A stretch of DNA of 64,000 bases from Antedon mediterranea (taxonomy: Eukaryota > Animalia > Echinodermata), in assembly GCF_964355755.1 (NCBI RefSeq), contig NC_092674.1, positions 8,308,001 to 8,372,000 on the forward strand, written 5' to 3'. Of the stretch, positions 49,291 to 61,300 are shown piece by piece. Position numbers and translations under genes: made by a program. The number at the start of each line of letters is the position of its first letter. The stretch's first letter is position 1. The notes under the pieces were generated by a model. It saw only the letters and a list, made by a program, of their open reading frames with translations, did no database searches and was not told the origin of the DNA.

Positions 49291-52200
49291 AATTAAATAA
49301 AAAAAAAACTGTATGGTACACCCAATAACATAAAAACGTGGTGTAGGTGTGTAGTCTAGCAATACAAATCCTGTTTTTTTGCATTGTGCTAATTTTGATC
49401 ATTTTTTGTAAATTTGTGCAATATTGTTACATTTTTTGGCAACTACTTTCTATGTATTTTATCATGCTCATACATGGCAAAGGTTATTACTTACTGCATA
49501 CAATAGAATACATTCATACTCCAATTTAGTCCAGTCTTGCATCATTATTCTTTTTTTTGTATATTTTTTTCAAATTTGTTTGTATTTCATTTTTGTTCTT
49601 TTTTTTTCTGTATACTCACAGCTTTATACTTTATTTGTTCATAAAATTATATATTTATTTAGTTAAGATCATTGGACTGCTGACTCTTGTAGTTACAGTA
49701 ATCGTATTACTTTAGCAGTCCCTGACCAATTCATCTTTGTACATTGTATATTATGTTTTGTTGGTCAAATAAATACTGTAAATGAAATGAAAATGAATTA
49801 AAAATAGTATGAATGAATTTTGTAGGAAGAAGAATTTAGTAATTTACAACCACACTTTCAGTAAATTTTTCCAGATTCAAAATAGAATATAGTATACAGG
49901 CACTTTGACTAAATTAAAATATATGCATCTCATTTTATTTAATCCATAGGTGTTGAGAATCCAAAAATAGTACTGTATGTATTGCTTTTTTATTAAATGG
50001 TTTAAACAAGCTTACAGCACATTGGCTTTCATTTCTTGTTTACAAATTTCATGAAAGTTTAAAAAAATTGTCATTTAATCTGTTAAAACACTTGCTATTT
50101 TTAACAGTGCAATGTGAAATAGATAGTTTTGTTTTAATAGAACCGTTGCTACATGCAATACAATTGGTTTCATTTTTTTTTTTTTTCAAATGCCTTTTGA
50201 ATTTTTTTCAGACGGCAGACAAATGGCTTTTTCTGATCATGTATCAATTATCATTTTATAATGTTCAACATACAGTAGCCTTTGTGTGATAAAACAACTT
50301 CCCACCTGTGGTTAGTTTGGTTTAACCATCAAAATGTAGTTTTTCCTGTGTCGGCTACTGTATTTACTTTATTGAATGGAGCACGTTTCACTATCCATTT
50401 TTTCAGTGTCTCCCCTATATCCACCAAAACGTCAAAGACATTGAACTGCCTTTTGTGTAGTTATATTACAAATATATCTGTTTAAAAAAAAATATTATTT
50501 TACCTTGCAAGTTAGTGTTGATGTTAACCTTATGGTGTTAACTTATCTTAGTAAACCACTTGGTAAGGCTACTTCCTGTAAGGCCATCTGGAGTTTGCAG
50601 ACTACTTATTTAACACTTGGAATTAAAGCCAATTATACATGTACATGTTTTTCCACTGTATAATTAATATTATCTGACTGGTTGTGTTTTATAGTCAACG
50701 ATACCAAACGATTTAAACAGTTTTTAAGCTCAAAGTGGCATATATATATCAAATCTAATTTCGAATAAATATTTATCAGACGTTACGAAGCAGATACCAA
50801 CCCTGGCCCTAGTTCTCTTCATGAATAATCTGTCGATTTTTATTATAATAAATTGTAAAAAAATCTGGTTGAAATAATTCTCTGTGCATATGCTAATTTG
50901 TTTCATCGGGTAAATCAAGTTCTATTTTGAAATTTCATTCTTAATGGACAACATTTTTTTCAAAATGTCATTGTTGTTTATTTTAAACTATATATAGATG
51001 CTAAAATATGGATTGGAATGAAAACAATAAAAAAAATACTATGTGTATCAATGTAGATTTAGTGCCTTTAATATCTAAACATCCAGTACATGTAAATAAC
51101 TACTTATTATTTGTGAATGTAGATAGCCTCAACATTTCCGTCGGTTAATTAATTCAGAAGGGGACATGAGATTATTTGCTAATTTACTTTCATATTTGCA
51201 AGAAAAATATCTTAAAAATCATTTTTTTCTTCAGATTATAAAATTATAGTTTTCTTTTAATGGATACAGTGAAATAAATTCTACAACTGTTATTTTTATG
51301 ATTGCAGAGGAAATCGCATGACGTGTCCTTTGACAGTTTACTGTATGTGTTTTTTTATGAAAAAAGTATGTCACTTTAAGTGAAATTTATCATGCATTTA
51401 TCATGCATTGTTTTTTTGGAAAATGACAGATATCTAGAGATGACATTTTGTGACATTAATGTTTTTGTTGTTGCATTATGTTAATGATCAAATAAACATC
51501 GCAATTGAATTTGCAGTAGCAAAGGCCTTTTTATTACATGTGCATTATTTCCTCCTTTTTTTGGCTTCACCAAACAGGAGAAAATGAGAAAATCCTGTAT
51601 TGTGTTATTTTCATATTTTGTACATAATTAAGTTCCTTTGTAAATAGGCCTATTAGTGGGAAACATGCTTTAAAGAAATATCGCGATTAAATATTAAAAA
51701 CACTGAATCTAGGAAGCTGTACATGGAACATTTATTGACCAGGTCACTCTAATGACATTAAAATTCAATAAATTAAGTAGAATAAGCAATATTAATAATG
51801 AGATAATTCATGCAAAGTTATGTACACACATTTTACTGTTACTGTCAGCCACATTTAGCACCATTGACATAGGGCTTTAAAATATTAAAATACCACTTAT
51901 TCACAACTAAAATCTTATTTGTTATATTTTATTACATAAACATCTAAAGACCACAAAACGTTGCTGGCCCGTAATTGAAGCATGGAGTAATATTCTTTAC
52001 TTCATGATTGGAGGGAAATTTTGGATTTGTTTTGCATTTTATTGTTTAATTCTAATGGGCTTAAAATAGGTAAATTACTATACCAACATTCAAACTTATA
52101 CTAAACCTACAAAAACTAAAATCTTATACATATTGTATTATATACATAAAACAGCTAAAGACCACATAACCTTGACGGTCCTTGATTGGAGGGAGATTTT

Positions 52201-52333
52201 TTAATATCTTTTGCATTTCAATTATTAAGTATAACTACGCCGCCAGGTTTTTCAACTTATCAAGAGTTGAAACTTACTAATATTTATTATACAAAGCATT
52301 TCACATGTAAACAGACTTTAGTTGCTCCACTTC

Positions 52334-55300
52334 TCAAACCATCTCATACTTGTTCATGTTGATCATACGAGCTAGACAACATGTCAGAAAAACACCAAAG
52401 ACCTGTAAAAATAGATCAGGTAAAATTTGTACTGTATAATACTCTAGGATGACTGCGATTAATTGGAATAAGAAACTTATTCCACAAGTTTGATAGTGTA
52501 GACAGAGCTTAAAAATTAAATGGAAGTTAACTTTCATTTAACATGAATGTCACATAAATTTATATTTTGGCATTCCAATTTGCTTGATATAAAAAAAAAA
52601 CTATAAAAAGATAAGGATATTTTAAGCAAAAGTAAAAGATAAAGTTTACAGCAACACTTTATATGAAAGGAAATATGAGATTTGTTGGTTGGTATGATTT
52701 CGTCTTTTTCAATTTTGAGTAATGCCAATAATGAATGATTCACTACAAACAATTTAGGCTTTCTCTCACAGATCGGAGTTTATGGAAATATTCCGATTTA
52801 AATTAATGGTTTAATACCAGAAATGGTTGTGCGTGTTGCATAAAATAAAAGTGTATATCATTGTTAGGCCTATATTCTGGAAACAAGGTCAGTAGGCCTA
52901 CTGTAGGTATGAATACCAGGGCTGATGTCTAACATATCAATATTTAAAGTTTAAAGATGTATTGTTATGTCCCCCAAAAACATGAGCGCCACATGGGTGG
53001 AGGATACCGGCGCTATATAAGTTTTCATTTATTATTATTATTATTAATAAAATAAGATTTTTAATATATTATTTTGTAGTTTTAACAAAGTTAATCACTT
53101 CTGTAGAAAAATAACAGAAACAATTAATGTTTTTACTTATAAAATGACAAAATAAATTGTTAAATTTAACCAAAAACCCATTGGCTGGCAGCCAATTTGA
53201 CTATTTTTGCTTTAAATTACAGATTTTCCAGGTAAATAATTTTGTTTTTGATCCAATTTTTGGTCAAAGTGGATAACTATTATGTGACATTAAAATGGCA
53301 TATTCAACAAAAAATGTTTTAAGAATTATTTTTTCAGGGGATAATACATCTTTAAGTTGTGTTTTTTGTTGTTTTTGTGTTATACTCACTTGGAAGAAAG
53401 CAAATCCAAGAGCACTACCACCGATGACGGACATGTTATTTCCGAGGAATCCGCTTACCTTTGAATAACACCCCTAAAGAAGAAAGACTCAAAAGTTAGT
53501 CGTACAATTAAATTCTACCAAACTGTACCTGTTAAATCATTCAATCATTATAAACCGTTGGTCAGATATTGTATATTAATTTTGGTATAATAAAATACAT
53601 TACATGTATCGTAATTCATATCAAACACTTATCAGGAAAACTATAATGTGTAGTAATTGTTTGCGTTAGTTTAATATTTTTAAACTGTTTACACAAATTT
53701 AGACATAAAATATGAATGACAGTGTCTAGACAAACAACCCCCATTTCCTTTCGTCCACTGTACAAACGTCAATGCAGACCTACATTTAACTTAATTCGGT
53801 TTTTTTTATCAATAAATAAAAATGTCTTAATTTTGATGAGGTATTTGTAACCACCTACATATTACTTCTTGAATGATTTATTTTGTCATTTTTTAATTAT
53901 AATCTGTATATATCAAATATTTATTATTATTATTTGTAAAACAACTTCATCCTTTTGGTAAATAGATAGTTAATTAGTTTTCATATGTTCATAATATGTT
54001 TCCATTGGCTATTTCAACTTATTTTATTTGCATCACTTTTAATTGTAATAAATTTATAAATTTATGAAATAAAAATCTATAATTAGTAATTATTACTAAA
54101 TTATTTTTAATTAGGTAGGACCTATTACATGCCACAATAGTAAAAAGCAGTTGTTAGAATGTGTATAGTACTTCATTAGGGAACTAATAGCATCCCATCA
54201 ACAGGATATTGGCAATTAGAGCACATAGAGATGTGTTTTATTAAAATAAGAATTAAACACACCTTCGACTGTTGTTAATGCTATGTGAAAAGAACAACGA
54301 TACTCTGTATTGCAAGACTACATTTTTGTTTGATTTGTTTAGAACTTACTATCACATTTTACGGTATTTTCTGAACAAGGGTGGGTTTAGGATTTCTTTA
54401 ATGGGGTGGGGTGATAATAGAGAGTGTATAAGACTTGGCCCCAGGTGTGTCAGTGTGCACCCCAGCACAGAAGCCCCAGGGATTCAAGGGTGTAATAATG
54501 ATTTGACCATAATTTGATTATAATGTAAAATATAAATTGTTTAATTAATAGTAAAGTAGTTTGTCAAAAATAAATTGATATAAAGAGCTGTAACATTGTG
54601 AGGCCATAGATGGATTCAAGGTAGAGGGGACACCACTAGATTTTCCACAGCTGAACTCACTATCTTAGATCAACAACAGACTGACATAATAATATTAAAT
54701 AATATTCATTGTTATTCCATTCTAAAAGAACATATTGATTTCAAATGACATTTAAGAAAGTCTCTATTGATATTGATAATATTATATTACAGGTAATGTA
54801 GACTTATACTTATACTTATTTATTTAATTTTTGATGGCTTATCCTCAGAATATATTCTACACTGCAGTTCACTCAGCTGCATCTTTCCTTCACATATCTT
54901 ATATACAGCATTTTTATATTCCTTTCTGAGAATATACGTCCATAATTTACATACACATACAGAATCATTGATTAAATTTGTTTAGTATGCCAATCCTACT
55001 TTAGACTATTCTATAGAAACAGTACAGGATTTCATTGGAAACAAAAACACTAAATAAAATGTTCAGAAAGAATGCATTATATTGATAAACTTTACTGTAT
55101 ACTGAAAAACTAAAAGCATATTTGTTGTTTATTTGGGCCCAGGCAACAACAGTGATTTCTCCCTTTGTCCAATTGTATAAATAAAACATAGTTATGTATT
55201 TTGAAACCAATGCTTTAAAACCAACCAAACCAAACCAAACCAAACCAAAAAAGTGACTAACTGACATTACCACCAAATTGCCCACACATGTTTTCAATAT

Positions 55301-58300
55301 TTTAATAAGATATAAGCTGAAGATAAAATACTTTTGTATTACTGTCTTCTCGGAAAAGGACTATAAACTGTAGGTCCAGTGTACACATCTAGTTCATGTT
55401 CCCTTTAAAGAACCTAGGTTGTCCCTCGACGAGTAGGGGGTTCCCCGGTGTACTTAGACACACAGCCACTGTCGCACACAACCACTGATCATACCTGGGC
55501 CAACTGGGAGATCAGTCTTTGACTGAAGAGGCTATATAAAGAAATAATAATTTTTTTTTTTAAATTACCAAAGACCCAAGCTTTTTCTCATTTATGATAA
55601 TAAAACAGGAATTCATGAAAACATACTTCCAAGGTTTACAGCTTTTCACGCATAATATAACTCATCATTATTATGACATGCATAGTGAGGTCATCCATGT
55701 TAAGCCTCTGTTTGTCGCCCAGCAGGCTCAGCTACAGGACAAACTGTGCCTTCCGTCTGACCTTTAGGCCTTTCTGAAATTTGCATATCACAGGCCTACA
55801 TGCTTTGTTTAAAATCGCTTGACCAACAATGTGTTAAAAATTAATTGTTTTCCTATTTCAAAATATTTTGAATTAAAATTTTCTTTTGAAAACACGATTC
55901 ATATTAATCACACTTTCGATTTAACACATTAATTATAATAGCTAACAATATTTTTTGATTAATAAATATAGCAAATTTAATTAATCATTGACGTAAACAA
56001 AAATTGTTTTTTCACCTGGACAGTAATTTTTTTTAAAAAGACCAGAGGCCTATATCTCTGGAAGTTCATTGGTTTTTGGTTAAACGACATTTTTATAAGT
56101 GATGATATTTTTGTTTTTTTGCAAAAGTGGAGCTATATTAAAATTTCAAAGATTTTAGTAATCTTTATTTTTTATCTAAAATTGTATTTCTTCTTTTTCA
56201 AATAAATGTTATTTTGAATTGAATGATGCATAAAAAACTATAATAATTTATTTATTCTTCATCTACTGTATGTTTTCTCTATTCATGATTTCTATGTCAT
56301 CTCCATTTTCATCTCTCTTGATTTTATTTGAATACATTCTCACTCTTTAATATCTCTTTAACTCATGACATTTGCAAAATCAACTATGAGATAAGTAGAC
56401 GATACATTCAATATCATCCCTCATTAGCAGATACTAGTATATGATCTCAAAATGCAAATTAACTTTAATAATTACAGTAAATCTGGCTATCGTAGACAAT
56501 CCGTTCTTTCACGATTTCACAATTTTAATTTCTCTCATTATAGAAACCTCTGCGACTAAATTTCTAGTTTGTGTCTGATGCAAGACAGTGTATATATCGT
56601 ATAATGTAACTCTTGGTTTACTAAATCACGTTTTTATTTTACTAACCAAACAATCCATTTTCTTCTGCTTGTCATAATTTGACAAGAACTTAATTTCTCT
56701 CATAGAATATGCCATGATAAAAGTGCTTGGAATAGCTATGTATAATACGCATTGCAGTGCATTATACTAAATGTTACTTGAATTCTCCGATTATGAAACC
56801 ACAGTTTATTTAGCTATCGTCTTTTAAGCAGAAAATCCATTTTGTTCTGCCAGTCATAATTTCACGAATTTAAGTTCTTCCATATAGAAAATGCCACGAT
56901 AGTAATTTCTTGCTCACTGTAATAACACATTGACGTTTAGTATCCTATAATGCAAATTAAACTCTCGGATTACTAAATCACCTTTTTATTTGGCTATAAT
57001 TAGACAATCCATTTAAGTTTGCCATTTGCAATTTCACAACTTTCATGCCCATATAGAAAATGCTGTTATAAAAATTGATTGGCTACAAGACGCATTGCAG
57101 TGTGTATAATACTATAACGTTAAGTTGAATTCTTTGATTACCTAATCACCGCAGTTTTATCAGCAAACAGAAATCAATTTTCTTCTGCCAGTCATAATTT
57201 CAGAACTTTCTTTTCTCCTTTATTATCATACAAAAGGCTCAAATAAATTTATTCAGGTTCACTATCTATAACTGAGACACACTTTCTTTCTTCTTTATTT
57301 TTAAAATGTAATATAAACTTTATTTTGCTGTATATTTTTAATAATTATGAACATACATGATTCTTTCAATCATATATACCAAAATTCTGGAAGAAAAATT
57401 GCTTATTTTTTTATTTATTAAACTTTATCACTGCACATAAAACCATAACATAAAAGCAGCGAAAAGAAAGGGAAGAACAGGTGACAAGCACCTCTATCCA
57501 CTTCCCCCCTTAAAATACACATATCAGTAACAATAGATATCAAGTATTCCCTTCATTGAAAATGAAAGACAACATTTTACTGGTGAAATGAAATTGTATA
57601 TCTGTACTGTACAGTATTAACCTGTAAAAAATATGCAATTACATAATTGGTGAACTGGATGGTTGGGTGCTTACAGGATAAATTGAAGGTTGCCCGCAAG
57701 TTAATATACAGTACAATGGTTGAGGAAATGTAGGGCGGTGGTGAGGGTGAGGAGTTGGTGATAACAGATGCGTTGTGGATTGAGATATTTGCTAGAAGTC
57801 ATAGGAGCCAGAAGATTTAGATTTTTATCAGTAGATTGTATCTGTTTAAAAATCCATTAATATTATTATAACAATATCAACAACAAATTTTATTTCTATT
57901 TTGTCAAAATTCAGGCTCATAGAATGTTTTAATCGAAATAGATTTCACTTCAAACAGATTGTTTATTCACCCGATTACAGTTATCTAATTAAAAATAATG
58001 TCTTTCTACTTTACCTCTGAGTACATAGTCTTGTTGGCAACATCAATTTCAATTGGTGTGTGATTCTTCTCTCCTTTCTGACATCGTTCCAGATGAACCT
58101 CCTCGTTACAACAGCTCCATGGTAGAGTAGTGTTGCCGTGCATATTTTCCCATTTAGTTCCATCAACTATCCAATCGGTGTAATTGTTTGTGCCACAACA
58201 TTTCAACTTGAAAAATGTTACATAATTATTATATTTAGTTTTTATTGCAGTATTATTATATTTAGTACTTTTAAGATGATTGGAAGACATGAATTTTGTT

Positions 58301-61300
58301 TATTATTTAATCGTGTTTACTTGTTCTATTTATTGGGAGATTTCTGTTTTCGTTGACCATTGACCGAAGACCTACAGTACTGTAACTATCTGACGTTAAT
58401 TATTGTTCTAGGTCTTCTGGTGTTGCAAACTGGAATTCCCTATATTCAATTACAGAAGAATTTAATTTTTTAACGAATGTAGAGAAGTCTTCTGTGTTGG
58501 CAGAAGTACAATACTGTATGACAGTTTTTTTAAAAAGGAATAAAGGTTTAGTTCCTCAAGTAGGGTAAAACATTAGTGCCACTTCTTAGGCGTCAAGGAT
58601 TAGTGCCCACATTAGGGTTAAAGGAATGAATGTTTAGTGCCTCAGGTAGGGTTAAACATTAGTGCCACTCCTTAGGCCTCAAGGATTAGTGGCCGGATTA
58701 GTGGCCACATTAGGGTTAAAGGAATGAATGTTTAGTGCCTCGGGTAAGGTCAAACATTAGTGCAACTCCTTAGGCCTCAAGGATTAGTGCCCACGTTAGG
58801 GGTTAAAGGAATGAATGTTTAGTGCCTCATGTAGGGTCAAACATTAGTTCCACTTCTTAGGCCTCAAGGATTAGTGGCCACATTAGGGTTAAAGGAATGA
58901 ATGTTTAGTGCCTCATGTAGGGTCAAACATTAGTGCCACTTCTTAGGCCTCAAGGATTAGTGCCCACATTAGGGTTAAAAGGAATGAATGTTTAGTGCCT
59001 CATGTAGGGTCAAACATTAGTGCCACTTCTTAGGCCTCAAGGATTAGTGCCCACATATAGGGGTTAAACATGGTAAGAAAATTAAGGATTACATCCTCAA
59101 GTAGGGTTACATTAGTGCCACTAGTTAGCCATCATGAATTTCTTTTAATTAATTATCTCTTACCCTCGATTGTAATTTGTCTAAGTAGTGATCATGTTCT
59201 GTCTTGTCAGCGTAATCTTCAATTGCTGTTTCTAGTCCTTCACGGAAGCTGTCTTGCAGCTATTTAACAAAAGCATCAAAACATCAGAATATCAAAAAAA
59301 CTATTTTCAATTTTAAAAGGCCGTATTTCGTGTTGCTGTAGTTTACAACTCAGAAAAATTAACTAAGGTTACAATCTTCTATCAATTAGTATAAACAATG
59401 ACAATTTTATAAAACTTACTGGACTACGGTATAAAAACCCTGAAATTCCGGCTGATAGTAGCGATACAAACACTATAAAAGTCAGCACACCAAACTGAAA
59501 AGGAATTTAACGTTGAATTGTAATTTATAATACTCTAGTCCTAATCCTATCCTTTAACACTTAAGTAGACAAAAGTATGATTACGTTTTCAAGTACTGAA
59601 AGTTGACAACAATTTGTGATCAGTGTAAAATATCTTCGTTATAGTATGATATTTTACGATAAAATATATTTTGCAGAGATATGTAGCAGGCCGATTCAAT
59701 ATCATTTAAATATACAACGAATTCAACAAAACCTGCCAGAATGGATATTTAAAATACTGTGAAAATCTTTACATTAGTTACAGCAACCAGTTTATAATAC
59801 ATTTCTACTTTCAAATTGAATATCATGAGGAAAAAGATACAAAAAAACTAAAACAAATAATGTTTTCAAATTTATAAAAAAAGACAATAATAAATGATTA
59901 AATTCAACCAAAAACTTATTGACATCCGGTCAATTTGACAATTTTTTTCCTTTAAATTACAGTTTTTCAGGTTTTTTTTCAATCTTATTTTTGATCAAAG
60001 TAAACAATTCTGTGACATTAAAATGGAATTATTAAAAAAAAACATTTGAAAAAAAAAAATAATAATAATAATGTACATCTTTGAAATTCATATTCATAAC
60101 AATTTAATACCAACTCAGGAAACTGTGTTTTCCACACATAATAATATATCGTGACCCAAGATGTTTCTTTTATGTACTACAATATAAAAAAAGCAAAGCT
60201 GACAACGTGTTTCACTTGCACATTTTTATCATATTTCACTAATTAATATGCTAAAAATGTCCCCTTGCTATAGGCTACAAGCTGATGAGGTGCACTTGTA
60301 CATTATCATATTTTACGAATTAATATGGTCAAAAAATGTCCCCTTACTATAGGCTACAAGCTGATGAGGTGCACTTGTACATTATCATAAACGTCATGAC
60401 TTATTATGACACACACATTATTTAACAGCTTTGTACCTAGCATTCTGAACTCTGTGCAGGAAGCAAGCAAGGATTTGAGGAAACAATTAATTGATGGGAA
60501 AATGTGTGTGTCACATGTGTGCCTAACCTCACAGTAAGAGAATGGAAAGGACTTTTAAATTTTTAATTTCGTCAATTTTCAGAAAATATTATTTTTCTTA
60601 TTTTATATTTTTGCTAGTCAAAAATGATACTGTATATAAAATATGGGGTGGGGGGGGGGGGGGGGTTAAAAAAATGTCCTCAGGGGCAGATCAAGGTTTA
60701 TTTTAAAGGGATAGGGGTGAGGGGGTGGGGAGGGAAAAGGTGCTAAAAATTAATTTAGTCCCTCAAAAAGGTTATTTTTATTACCTGTCAAAGAAGGAGC
60801 GTAATGTTAATAATAATAATATAAAAAGTACAGTCAATGAAAAAAAAAACACCTTTAATTATATTGAAATAGTAATGAAATACAGAAGTACAAGTTGAAT
60901 AAATATACAATGTTTCATTTAGGTATTAAGTAATCTTTTGTGCATTATTAGTCTGGGTTCCAGACGGAGTTTTGTCTTAATATTAGTAAAAAGATAAATA
61001 TTTTGGCACATATGGCGTTTCATACGTATACTACTTGATTTTGGATACTCCGTCTGGGGAAACACGCACAAGTCACATGGTTTGACACCAAGAATTCTTG
61101 GTGCATACGATTATCCGGTTGACTAGTTTCAGCTGCATGCGATTGGATACTCACTCGTACACCGTTTTAATATTCATATTTCAGAATTTCAAAGACTCAA
61201 CAACTAAGATGATGCTATGTTACGTTTAGACAATGTGTACTTCTTGGGTACATTTATGAAAGTTTCTGAAGGCTAGAAATTATTTTATAGGCCTATGCCT

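Noticed and set aside
58553-59120. True telomere or interstitial telomeric array
   Set aside because: TTAGGG occurs only once per 86-bp unit and never in tandem.
60645-60735. Poly-G and G-run cluster
   Set aside because: This is simple low-complexity sequence, probably from a decayed MITE, and homopolymer length is unreliable.
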